Virus record (IMG/VR): IMGVR_UViG_3300049211_000017
Location: 1-46,730 of that record
Direction: 5' to 3' (one strand)
From: a virus
Length of the DNA stretch: 46,730 bases
In this document: positions 8,185 through 16,847 of the stretch, one piece after another
Layout: every line of letters begins with the position of its first letter
How positions within the stretch are numbered: the first letter of the stretch is position 1
The notes under the pieces: model-generated
What the model saw: the letters and a program-made list of their open reading frames with translations, nothing else
Databases searched by the model: none
Told to the model about the DNA's origin: nothing
Program-made: the position numbers and the translations under genes

Positions 8185-9093
8185 TTACGCGCCCATTCCG
8201 TTGCTGTAGATGCCCCGGAAGTCCGTCATTCCGACCGAGAACCTCATGTAACTTTTATATTTGAGGTTCGAAGTGTCGAAATCGCCGTCCTGCGCGAACG
8301 CCGCCTTTTCGCGGTCGAACAGCTTCATCCCCTGCGGCGCATCGGTGCGGATGAAGAACGCATCCGTATCGGTGAGGAAGTGGTTCATCGCCACCTTGGG
8401 GATGATTCCGGTCGAGCGCAGCGCGTTGACCGCATTGTTTGCGGTATCGTTCTGGAGCATCGACTTCAACACCCGCTCGGCCTCGAAAAAGAGCTGGCGC
8501 GGGAGGATGAGCGACTTCGGCATGAGCTTGATGATGTTGCCCACGCTGTCGGTTGCGCCCATGATCTGGATGCACAGATCTTCCAGCGCCGCTTCCGAGA
8601 AGTCCGCAGCCGTGGCCAGCCGGTTCGACTGGTTGCCGGTCAGCGTCGGATGCGACACGGACGAAAGCACGATGCCGTCGCCGAACGTATAGCCCGAGGT
8701 CTGCGCGCGGTTGTAAACGTTCGCCGCCACCGTCTCCTTGGTGAGCCGCATCGAGCGGGCCAGGGATTCGGTGCGCGAAACGCCGCGCTTTGTGTAGAGG
8801 TTGTCCATCATCTCCTCGTGGGTGATGATGAAGCCCAGCGCATAGGCAACGTGCGTGTAGCGCGTGACCGTCTGCTGCGAGGTCGAGGTGTAGGTGATCG
8901 CCGACCCTTGGGTCTTGATCGGCGCCAGACCGAAGCCGGGCTCCTCCACATCTTCCTCATAGGCCATGTCCGATGATTTGACATCGAACAGGTCGGTATA
9001 TTCGGTGGGCTGATCCGTATAATCGCGACCCCATACGGCGTTGAGGCCGGGACGGAGAAGCTTCGGAATGTCGCCAGTCGAGATAACTGCCAT
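8185..9093 (-). CDS. Major capsid protein candidate (302 aa)
   Basis: Position after the scaffold and auxiliary genes, appropriate size, and a hairpin plus terminator bracket downstream. I could not confirm a family by eye. Confidence 0.7.
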   Translation of the reverse strand: MAVISTGDIPKLLRPGLNAVWGRDYTDQPTEYTDLFDVKSSDMAYEEDVEEPGFGLAPIKTQGSAITYTSTSQQTVTRYTHVAYALGFIITHEEMMDNLYTKRGVSRTESLARSMRLTKETVAANVYNRAQTSGYTFGDGIVLSSVSHPTLTGNQSNRLATAADFSEAALEDLCIQIMGATDSVGNIIKLMPKSLILPRQLFFEAERVLKSMLQNDTANNAVNALRSTGIIPKVAMNHFLTDTDAFFIRTDAPQGMKLFDREKAAFAQDGDFDTSNLKYKSYMRFSVGMTDFRGIYSNGMGA

Positions 9094-9108
9094 TGTCGTA
9101 ACTCCCCG

Positions 9109-9690
9109 TTAGATCCCAGCGACCTGGTTGGCCCACTGCGAACGATTGATACGGACGAGCCACTTGGCGTGTTCGCCGATCACATTGTCGGGGCGGTTGA
9201 CGAAATCGACGATCTGGACGTCGAGCGTGTTGGTCGTGGCCTCGCCGACGTTGTTCAGCTCGACACCGGAGAAACCGGTCGTGGTCGAACCCGAACCCAC
9301 GACGAAGTCGGCGTTCAGGCCGGCGTCGTTCGCGGTCAGCGCGGTGCCGCCCGAAACTTCCTGAATCTCGTACAGGACGTTCTGGCCGGTTTCGACAAGG
9401 AGAAGGCGCACCGTCGACGCAGCGCGGTAGATCAGGCTGGCCTCGGTCTCGGGGACAACCCCGACGACGACGCCCGCAATCACGTTGCCGGTCGCCGCCT
9501 GATCGACGTCGAGATAGACGACGCCGTTGATGGTCTGCGACGTGCCCGAGAGAATGACGGGATCGCCCTTGTAGATGGCGGTGCCATCTCCTGATGCGGT
9601 GGAGAAAGTGCGGAGGGATGCGCTATACGGCGATCCATCCAGCATACGAACGGGCTTGAACCCCGCCGGTGCGTCAACATTGGCCATCAT
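9109..9690 (-). CDS. Head decoration / auxiliary capsid protein candidate (193 aa)
   Basis: Directly upstream of the capsid gene with a beta-rich composition. The call rests on position only. Confidence 0.4.
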   Translation of the reverse strand: MMANVDAPAGFKPVRMLDGSPYSASLRTFSTASGDGTAIYKGDPVILSGTSQTINGVVYLDVDQAATGNVIAGVVVGVVPETEASLIYRAASTVRLLLVETGQNVLYEIQEVSGGTALTANDAGLNADFVVGSGSTTTGFSGVELNNVGEATTNTLDVQIVDFVNRPDNVIGEHAKWLVRINRSQWANQVAGI

Positions 9691-9733
9691 GGCACCCCTG
9701 CTTCAAGGACGAAGCGAGGGGTGCGAGGCAACC

Positions 9734-10237
9734 TTAGCGTTCGGCCTTAATCGATCCGTGGCCGTAGGATTCTTGCGAAGTCAGACGGCCGGTGAAATCA
9801 CGGCCTGCCTCGATGGCTTGATCGACAAGGGAGTTTTTGGCTTCCTTTTCGTCAACGCCCTGCTGGTATAGCTGGTCAGGTGTTTCCATGAGATAGGCGT
9901 GGAGCGGAGCGCCATTAGCTTGGGTGCCGACACGGCGGGCGATCCGGGAACCAGGCTGGTCTGTCTTGACAGCGGTATCCGAGACGAACTCATAGCCGAG
10001 TTCTTTCATGTTTGCAATACGGTTGCCTTCGTCATTGACCCAGCGCCGGGTTTCACCCTCCCGCGACGGTGCGGAGAGCTTGTAGGCATGGCCTCCAGTA
10101 CTCGGACGGCGGCGGCGCTCAACCTTGGGAGTAGGTGCTTCTCCGGCCTCAACGACGGCAGCCGGCCGATCGTCAAAGGTTGGGGCGAGAACCTTGCGCG
10201 GGCGTCCGCCACGGTTGCGGGGCTGATCCTCAAGCAT
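9734..10237 (-). CDS. Hypothetical head-assembly protein (167 aa from ATG 10237)
   Basis: Basic N-terminus with GRPRK. Overlaps the scaffold stop by 8 nt. Confidence 0.5.
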   Translation of the reverse strand: MLEDQPRNRGGRPRKVLAPTFDDRPAAVVEAGEAPTPKVERRRRPSTGGHAYKLSAPSREGETRRWVNDEGNRIANMKELGYEFVSDTAVKTDQPGSRIARRVGTQANGAPLHAYLMETPDQLYQQGVDEKEAKNSLVDQAIEAGRDFTGRLTSQESYGHGSIKAER

Positions 10238-11102
10238 TGGCGAAATACTCCTTGGCGAAAGCGTCCAGATTGGGGAAAATCCCCATGGTGACAAAGCGGT
10301 TTCCCTGCTCGCGCGCGGCCTGATCGAGATGGGCAGCGGTCTTCACCGCCGATCGGCCGCCGCGATTGGACGACACGCCTTCGACCGACAGCCTCTTCTT
10401 CGGCTTGGGATCGTCCTCGTCGTCATCCTCGACCGCGCCGAACAGCTTGGGATAGCGTTCGGCGAACTTGTCCTTCACCGATTCCGAAAGCGCCTTGAAA
10501 TATTCGTCAGGCGTGCCGTCATAATCATCGATCGAGCCGAGCTCGTCGGCGACGGTCCCGGCGTAGATCGTCATCGCCTTCTTGGCCCCGCCAGTGGCTC
10601 CTTCGTCGAACCATTCGTTCTCAGCGAGGAAGTCGGCATATTTGCGCTGGATCACCGCTGGCTCATATTTGAGCTTCGGCTTGGTCTCCTCGGGAGCCGC
10701 GTCCTTGCGCAGCGTCTCCATGCGTTCGCCGATCGCCTTGAAGCTGTCGACATCGCCCGATTCAACCGCCGCTTCCTGCTGCGCCTTCAGATCCCCCATG
10801 GCGCGGTCATAGGCCCGCTTCTCCATGCCGGTCATCATGCCCCGGATCGCCTCGAAGTCCTTTTCCAGCCGCGTTCCCCGGCGCTTCTCGGCCTCCAGCG
10901 AGGCGGTGAGGTGCTTGACCCGCGCGTTGGACAGCGACAGCTTCTCCTCGCCGTCCTTAACGAACTGCTCGGCGGACTTGTGTTTGTCGGGATCGCCTGA
11001 GAACTCGTCGAGCGGCTTCCATCCCTGCTGACGGGCCTCGCCTTCGAAGTCACGGGCTTCGATATGCTCGCCGTCATCCTGCGGTGCCAGTGCTGTAGCC
11101 AT
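10230..11102 (-). CDS. Scaffolding protein candidate (290 aa from ATG 11102; the track gives 11147)
   Basis: Acidic, Lys/Glu-rich and predicted helical. Lies between portal and capsid. Confidence 0.5.
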   Translation of the reverse strand: MATALAPQDDGEHIEARDFEGEARQQGWKPLDEFSGDPDKHKSAEQFVKDGEEKLSLSNARVKHLTASLEAEKRRGTRLEKDFEAIRGMMTGMEKRAYDRAMGDLKAQQEAAVESGDVDSFKAIGERMETLRKDAAPEETKPKLKYEPAVIQRKYADFLAENEWFDEGATGGAKKAMTIYAGTVADELGSIDDYDGTPDEYFKALSESVKDKFAERYPKLFGAVEDDDEDDPKPKKRLSVEGVSSNRGGRSAVKTAAHLDQAAREQGNRFVTMGIFPNLDAFAKEYFANA

Positions 11103-11263
11103 TATCTTGACCCCCCTGCTGTTTTGAGCCGCCAGAGATTGGCCCACACGCCAGGCCGGAACTGACGTGGCTGCGCTCCTTCAACGCGATCGTATAGGGC
11201 GACAGTCTGCGGTCCTGCTGGCTCCTGCGCCCACCGCAAGTCGCCGATGCAAAGGGTCATCAT
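11102..11263 (-). CDS. Hypothetical micro-ORF (53 aa)
   Basis: Fills an otherwise empty gap. Its start overlaps the upstream stop and its TAA overlaps the scaffold ATG (TAATG). Confidence 0.3.
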   Translation of the reverse strand: MMTLCIGDLRWAQEPAGPQTVALYDRVEGAQPRQFRPGVWANLWRLKTAGGSR

Positions 11264-11484
11264 TCAGCCTCCAATTTCTGGGCAAGATCTTCGAAATAGG
11301 CGCGGAAGGCGTGGAGATGACTTATAGCCTCAGCGAACCCATCGCCGGCCTTACCGTGGGCAGGGAGCATCCACGCCGCCTCATGCGCGATGTTGAACCC
11401 GCCGAGCGCGCATTTTACGGCCCACAGATCGTCGCCCATGTCGGAAGGCTTTTCGCCGAAGAACTGGCTCAAATATTCGGCCAT
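11260..11484 (-). CDS. Hypothetical protein (74 aa)
   Basis: Track ORF with good composition. Confidence 0.55.
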   Translation of the reverse strand: MAEYLSQFFGEKPSDMGDDLWAVKCALGGFNIAHEAAWMLPAHGKAGDGFAEAISHLHAFRAYFEDLAQKLEAE

Positions 11485-11486
11485 GC

Positions 11487-11972
11487 TCAGTCTCCCAACC
11501 TTGCGATAACGTCCGTGTCGTTCATGATCCGATACTTCTCACCATCATCACCCTTAAGGAGGATGCCACCATATTTCGCGATAAGGATGCGGTCGCCGGG
11601 CGCGGGCCGCGTAAAATGGGGCGATCGCGAAGCCGCTTCTTCCCACGCGTTCTCGCCGACCGCGATCAGCGTACCCTTCATCGTGGCGAACTCTTCCTTT
11701 TCCTTCGCCTGCTCGGGAATGAAGAGGCTGCCCACCTTATCCTGAACTGGATCTGGCATCACCAGCACCTTGAGATCGAGCGGATGGAACCCGCTGCTGT
11801 TGCGATAGCCGCTAGATGCGAGACTGGATACATGATCGGCATAAGCCCTTTCTGCCTTGTCTTGGCCTTCTGCATGGGCGCGGGCCAGTTCAGGAACTAT
11901 GGGCCCTGCGTACGGGAATGGCTCCGCCACCGGGGGCCACTCTTCACCGCTCTTGATCGCCTCAACCGCCAT
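11487..11972 (-). CDS. GroES/Cpn10-like co-chaperonin domain protein with an N-terminal extension of about 65 aa (161 aa; alternative start 11984)
   Basis: LKVLVMPDPVQDKVGSLFIPE...KGTLIAVGENAW...PGDRILIAKYGG...YRIMNDTDVIARL follows the Cpn10 pattern. GGAG lies 6 nt before ATG 11972. Confidence 0.6.
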   Translation of the reverse strand: MAVEAIKSGEEWPPVAEPFPYAGPIVPELARAHAEGQDKAERAYADHVSSLASSGYRNSSGFHPLDLKVLVMPDPVQDKVGSLFIPEQAKEKEEFATMKGTLIAVGENAWEEAASRSPHFTRPAPGDRILIAKYGGILLKGDDGEKYRIMNDTDVIARLGD

Positions 11973-12210
11973 GCTCAACTCCATCCGTTCCCTCGTCCAC
12001 CTGATAGAAATCCCTCACCTGCTCACAGGACAGGTCCGCCAACTCCCCCAACAACCTCGCCATCGGCTGGTATTCCGGGCTCATCGGCGCCCCCCGGCCC
12101 CATGCCTCCATCAAGGCCGCTTGCCGATCCTTGAGGTAAGCCAGGAACGGCTCCGTCAACCGGTGGCTCTTCCATGCCTGGAACTGCTCCGGGTCGGTCA
12201 GCGGGTTCAT
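11962..12210 (-). CDS. Hypothetical protein (82 aa) overprinted on the portal 3' end
   Basis: GGAGGG lies 5 nt before the ATG. Third-position GC is very high in this frame across the 188-nt overlap. Confidence 0.6.
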   Translation of the reverse strand: MNPLTDPEQFQAWKSHRLTEPFLAYLKDRQAALMEAWGRGAPMSPEYQPMARLLGELADLSCEQVRDFYQVDEGTDGVEHGG

Positions 12211-14107
12211 TCATGCCCTCCATCGTATATCCTGTGGATTCGGTCGCGGCCTTGGTTCCCGCCCCCGCGAGAACCGCCGCGTCTGGCAGCATCCCCATCT
12301 GAAGCGCGAGCATTGCTGCGTCGAACATCGATTTCGCCGCCGCCGCCTTGTCCTTGTCGTACTGGCCGTCGATCTTGAGCTTTTCGAGCGCGAGCTTTGC
12401 CCCTTCGATCAGCAGCATCGGATCGGGCTTGGGCTCGCCGACATCAAGCAGCGCCTGCCGCTGGTCACTCGGGATACCCGCTGCTTCCAGTACGATCTTG
12501 TTGAGTGCCGCCTGATTGACGCCGGGATCGCCCTTGAACGACTGGATCAGGAAGCCGGCGCGGCCATGGCGCTGGGCGTCCGATACCATGGTCGGGTCGG
12601 ACACCGGCACCACGTCGAGATCCTTGTCCTGATAGTCGTCCTTCGTGACCATCTGCGGGTCGTCGTTGAGGTTGAAATAGGCGTCCTCGTCGAGGTTCTC
12701 CCTGTTCAACTCCATCTGCTTCTGGAGATCCTTGCCGAAGGAGCGGTGGATGCGCTTGAAGATCGACTTCATCACCTTCATCGCCTGGTCGATCTGCGCC
12801 AACGTCGTCGTGGCCGGCGTGTTGGCGTTCTGCTCGCCGCCAGTCATGATGTCCTGAACCGAGGTGATCCCGCGTGCCGCGTCGATCAGGAACTCCAGCA
12901 GGGTGAGCAGCACCGGCGAAGGGCCGGGCAATTGCAGCGGGAGGATGTTGTCGCGCAAGGTGCCCGCCGTCACGTCGACGCGCTTCCACTCACCCATGAT
13001 CGCACGCAGCGGGCCGCCCTTGATGTTGACGCCAGAGCCGAGGAACCCGCCCTGCGCGTTCTGGAGCGTGCCAGCGTCGAGAGACTGGTTGATCACCGCG
13101 TTGATCGCATCACTCAAATCATCGAGCAGCTTGCCGAAGCCCATACCGTAGAAGCTGCCGTCAGGGGACGGGAAGAACAGGTAGCGGGTGAACCAGCAGC
13201 GGCGCTCGATCTTGACCACGCCCTGATTGTTCATCGTCACCGTCTCGGGCGTGAACGCGGCCGTGATGCGAACAATCTTGCCCTCACGGGTCAGGGTGAC
13301 GACGTAGGGCTCAGCATAGCCATCGTCGTCGAGATCGATCAGCCGGTGCTGTTCGAGGAACTCGACTTCCGCATCATCATCGTCCTGCGAGACGCGCTTG
13401 CTTTCGACGGTGGGCGACACCTCGCCAGGATCGATCCAGCGCCCATTGAGCACCCGCTCCCGGATGTCATTGGGGTAGAGCCGGACGATCTGCGTATAGC
13501 GCGGCGCGGTCTCGAACGAGCGGAACCAGTAGTTCACCACCATGTCGTCTTCAGGAACGATGATAGCGCAATTCTGGCGCGTCACATCGTCATAATAGCT
13601 CTTGCGAAACCCGCACCCCATGATCGGAAGATTGAGCAACAGGCTGTCGGTCTCCTCCTCCCAATCTGGCATGTCGAACAGCAATTGCCAGCTCATATGC
13701 TGGGCTATGCGATCGGCGCGCGCCTGCTTCTCGCCGTCAGGATCGGCCCCCAGCACCCGTCCCTTGGCGATGTTCGGACCGTCGACGATCACCGGATAGG
13801 CGGTGGCCTGGAACTGAAGCGCTGCTTGGATCAGCAGCGGGAACTTCACATTGGCCGCCTTGGGCCATGGGAAGTTCTTCGCCTCCTTGGCCTGCATCGC
13901 AGCCGCCCGCCAGCGCTTGGCATCCGCCAGCCAGTCCTTGCGGCTGTCCTCGTCGATCGCGAAGTCGCGGATGCAGCGCTGGCCGATGCCCGCCAGTTCG
14001 TTCTCGTCGAGCAGCTCCGCGATGTTGTCGGCTTCGAGGATGGCGTGGATGTCGAGCGCCTGCGTCTCGGGCTCTTCCTCGTCCACCATGATTGCGGTTT
14101 CAGCCAT
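12023..14107 (-). CDS. Portal protein (694 aa)
   Basis: Size and position directly after terL. The acidic N-terminus and conserved core look portal-like. Confidence 0.8.
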   Translation of the reverse strand: MAETAIMVDEEEPETQALDIHAILEADNIAELLDENELAGIGQRCIRDFAIDEDSRKDWLADAKRWRAAAMQAKEAKNFPWPKAANVKFPLLIQAALQFQATAYPVIVDGPNIAKGRVLGADPDGEKQARADRIAQHMSWQLLFDMPDWEEETDSLLLNLPIMGCGFRKSYYDDVTRQNCAIIVPEDDMVVNYWFRSFETAPRYTQIVRLYPNDIRERVLNGRWIDPGEVSPTVESKRVSQDDDDAEVEFLEQHRLIDLDDDGYAEPYVVTLTREGKIVRITAAFTPETVTMNNQGVVKIERRCWFTRYLFFPSPDGSFYGMGFGKLLDDLSDAINAVINQSLDAGTLQNAQGGFLGSGVNIKGGPLRAIMGEWKRVDVTAGTLRDNILPLQLPGPSPVLLTLLEFLIDAARGITSVQDIMTGGEQNANTPATTTLAQIDQAMKVMKSIFKRIHRSFGKDLQKQMELNRENLDEDAYFNLNDDPQMVTKDDYQDKDLDVVPVSDPTMVSDAQRHGRAGFLIQSFKGDPGVNQAALNKIVLEAAGIPSDQRQALLDVGEPKPDPMLLIEGAKLALEKLKIDGQYDKDKAAAAKSMFDAAMLALQMGMLPDAAVLAGAGTKAATESTGYTMEGMNEPADRPGAVPGMEEPPVDGAVPGLPQGSASGLDGGMGPGGADEPGIPADGEVVGGVGGPVL

Positions 14108-14306
14108 TGATACAGAACTCCATGCAATGGCTCATCGCCTGCCAGCATTGCGGCTTGGCGACCTGATCCAAACCCATACCAAGCGTATATGTCTTGCCGT
14201 CGATCTCGCGAGAAAATGTGAGGGCATCGTGCCCAATGGTGATCGACACGCCCATTTCTGCCATTTTTCCACCAACATCGGATAGTGATATGGTTTCAGC
14301 CATCAT
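14100..14306 (-). CDS. Hypothetical protein (68 aa)
   Basis: Track ORF between terL and portal, with an 8-nt overlap with the portal start. Confidence 0.5.
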   Translation of the reverse strand: MMAETISLSDVGGKMAEMGVSITIGHDALTFSREIDGKTYTLGMGLDQVAKPQCWQAMSHCMEFCING

Positions 14307-14311
14307 CCCCC

Positions 14312-15793
14312 TCAGTAGCCGGCCGCGCTGCGCCCGTCGTCGGACCAGTCGTCGTTTGTCTCGTCGTCAAAGCTAGGCAGCACAGGTGCGCCGAATGTCA
14401 GCGCCAAGCCATCGCCATCATCAGGTGAAGCCAGTCCGCGCGCCTTCATGTGCTCTTTCTTCTCAAGCAGGATCTGGTCGTTGACGTTGAAGCCGTATTC
14501 GACGCCGATCAGGTCATCGTTCAGAACCTGATCATCAGGGATAGCCCCACCCTGAAGCCACTCGCGCATGATCGCCCACATTTCCGCGCGGCGGTTGGCA
14601 ACCTTCACCCCGTCGCCGAGCTTCACGGCCCCCAAGGGCTTTCCACCGAACTGAACGCCAAGCACCGGCACATTGAGTTGGCGCAGCCTGTCCACCACAC
14701 CTGCGCCAATGCCGCCTTCGTCCACGCAGACCAGCGCGGCCCCTGTCCGGCGCTGCTCCTCAGCCACTCTGGCAGCGAGGGTCATCGTGTCGACACCATG
14801 CAGCCGGATCGGTGGTATCTTGCGCGCGTCCCGTCCTTTACGAAAATAGATCGTGCTGGAATCATCCCCGAAGCGCGCCACGTCGACGCCCATCACCACC
14901 GGGTCATAATGCTCGGTGACGACCTCGCGCTTGCGCGCCACCTCAACGAGGTCCGACCGGATGAACTGCATCGATGACGCGGACGGGAACTGCCCCAGCA
15001 CGCGCACCTTGGTCACGTCGCTATCGAGGCCGTAGCTGTTCACGATCTCCTCAAGGTATGCTTTGTTTGTGCCCTCGACCGTGCGGCTGTCGATCTGCGC
15101 CGTCTTCCACAGGTGGCGGAACTTGCCGAAGCACTCGCGGAACGAGCCAGTGTTCAACGTTGGATTGCCGAACGCCAGGAAGATGATCTGCGTGCCTTCG
15201 TCGGTCAGCGCGCCAAGGATCACCTCCCAGACATTTTTGTGGATGCCGCTCGCCTCGTCCAGAATAACGATGATGCGCCGACCCTTGTTGTGCAGGCCCG
15301 CGAACGCCTCGGTGTTGTTCACGGACCAAGGTGAGGCATCGAGCCGCCATGCCTTCTCATGGCCAGGAACGGTGGAGAATAGCGATGTCGCCGTGGGCTT
15401 GAACCAGTCAGCCGTGATCGAAAGATTCTGCCACTTGGTGATCTCGGGCATTGTCTTGGTGAGAAGCTGGCCCTCGGTGTTCGCGGTGATGACAATGCGG
15501 GTATCTTCGCAGGTATCGAGCGCCCATTTGCATATCATCGCGATCAGCGCCGACTTCCCGATGCCGTGGCCTGATGCGCGAGCGATCCGGCAAGGCTGAT
15601 GACGAGTATCCGGATTTTCCAGATGCTCGCGTATGTCCTCCATGACTTCGCGCTGCCATAGGCGCGGACCGGTAACGCCATCCAAGACACCACTGCCCCA
15701 TGGATAGGCATAGAGCGCGTGGCTCAGCGGATCGAACGTGAAGCTGGCGATGTCGTTCGCCAGTTCAATGAGGGGGTCTGGCTTACTCGCCAT
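14312..15793 (-). CDS. terL: Terminase large subunit (493 aa)
   Basis: Walker A-like ARASGHGIGKS, a Walker B-type VILDEA, and a C-terminal nuclease region with acidic residues. Confidence 0.9.
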   Translation of the reverse strand: MASKPDPLIELANDIASFTFDPLSHALYAYPWGSGVLDGVTGPRLWQREVMEDIREHLENPDTRHQPCRIARASGHGIGKSALIAMICKWALDTCEDTRIVITANTEGQLLTKTMPEITKWQNLSITADWFKPTATSLFSTVPGHEKAWRLDASPWSVNNTEAFAGLHNKGRRIIVILDEASGIHKNVWEVILGALTDEGTQIIFLAFGNPTLNTGSFRECFGKFRHLWKTAQIDSRTVEGTNKAYLEEIVNSYGLDSDVTKVRVLGQFPSASSMQFIRSDLVEVARKREVVTEHYDPVVMGVDVARFGDDSSTIYFRKGRDARKIPPIRLHGVDTMTLAARVAEEQRRTGAALVCVDEGGIGAGVVDRLRQLNVPVLGVQFGGKPLGAVKLGDGVKVANRRAEMWAIMREWLQGGAIPDDQVLNDDLIGVEYGFNVNDQILLEKKEHMKARGLASPDDGDGLALTFGAPVLPSFDDETNDDWSDDGRSAAGY

Positions 15794-16244
15794 CGAGCTG
15801 CCTAGCGACGTGCGTGCGGCGTTCAGCGAGGACCTCGGCGAGATCGCCCTTCAGGTTGATGTCGCGCTCGCTCTTGTCGCGCCATTTCTCGCTGCGGCGG
15901 TTTTTGAGCCAGTTGAATGCCGCTCCAGTGTCTGGCGGCACATGCTCTGTGAACGGTGCGTAGACGGGGCTTTCAGCGCCTGATGGCATGAAGATTTTGA
16001 CGGCAGGATAATTGTAGCCAACGGCGCGATTGTAGAGAGACCGCTCTACACGGTCATCAGCCGCATCCTTCCCGCATGTGACCGCCTCGCAAAATTCCGG
16101 CTGCGTGTGCTTCCAACGATATATCGTGGATATGTCGATCTCGAAAAATTCGGCAAGCTCAATATCGGTTGCACCTAACGCGCAAAGCTTCGCTGCCTGT
16201 TTAGCGAACTCTTTCCGATATGATGTTGGTCGCCCTGCGGCCAC
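15783..16244 (-). CDS. terS: Terminase small subunit (153 aa, GTG start)
   Basis: N-terminal HTH GRPTSYRKEFAKQAAKLCALGATDIELAEFFEIDISTIYRWK. Overlaps terL by 11 nt. Confidence 0.75.
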   Translation of the reverse strand: MAAGRPTSYRKEFAKQAAKLCALGATDIELAEFFEIDISTIYRWKHTQPEFCEAVTCGKDAADDRVERSLYNRAVGYNYPAVKIFMPSGAESPVYAPFTEHVPPDTGAAFNWLKNRRSEKWRDKSERDINLKGDLAEVLAERRTHVARQLDGE

Positions 16245-16335
16245 TATCTTGCCGAGCCCCTCTGTCTGACTGCTCGGAAGGTTTCATAGCTCAATACGTC
16301 GCAAAAGGGAAACTGATATTTGTTAGCAGACTGGG

Positions 16336-16632
16336 TCAACATGTGGTTTGCTCGGCGAGGGCTGCATCGATCATGGCTTGCCACGCCGCAGCCGCGCCGC
16401 AATTCATCTCGCCGTGTTCGCACTCGGTTGCTTGTCCGGCTTCAACCATCGCATCGGTCGGCTTGCGCATTGCTGCGATCGCAGCACGGGCTTCCGATCG
16501 GTAGTCCATCCTTCCCCCCTCTTCGCAGAGATCCCATTCCACCAAACCCAACTTTCCGCCATCATCGCGATCGTTCGCCACCGCTTGAGCACACAGCGCC
16601 TTCGCCACTCGCTCGATCATGGTCTCTGCCAT
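16336..16632 (-). CDS. Hypothetical protein (98 aa)
   Basis: Track ORF. Confidence 0.55.
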   Translation of the reverse strand: MAETMIERVAKALCAQAVANDRDDGGKLGLVEWDLCEEGGRMDYRSEARAAIAAMRKPTDAMVEAGQATECEHGEMNCGAAAAWQAMIDAALAEQTTC

Positions 16633-16642
16633 CGTGCTGTCC

Positions 16643-16828
16643 TCAACCGCCAGGATGGATAACTTTGATCCCCGTGATGCACCCCGTCTTGGGGTCTATC
16701 TCGGTGACTAAAAACGACGAACCCGGGCTAGGGCGATGGACAAGCGTTATGCCATTTGCCGCCGCAATCGCCGCATTGGTCTCGTCGTCAAACGGCTCGA
16801 CGCAGTATCCCTTATCGTCTTCTTCCAT
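16643..16828 (-). CDS. Hypothetical protein (61 aa from ATG 16828)
   Basis: GGAGAA lies 6 nt before the ATG. The longer track start would overlap the primase-helicase gene. Confidence 0.5.
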   Translation of the reverse strand: MEEDDKGYCVEPFDDETNAAIAAANGITLVHRPSPGSSFLVTEIDPKTGCITGIKVIHPGG

Positions 16829-16847
16829 CTCTACTTCTCCGTTGGGG

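Noticed and set aside
12566-14110. 514-aa plus-strand ORF antisense to the portal gene. Similar long ORFs are 35..856 +, 4841..5683 +, 7069..7995 +, 8131..8976 +, 10329..11000 +, 35145..35912 +, 36140..36829 +, 40979..42151 +, 21712..22326 -, 22813..23397 - and 30625..31404 -.
   Set aside because: These are typical shadow ORFs of GC-rich DNA. Their composition is Arg/Gly/Ala/Pro-rich and low-complexity, they carry no motifs, and each lies opposite or out of frame to a gene with clear protein-like sequence and operon coupling.
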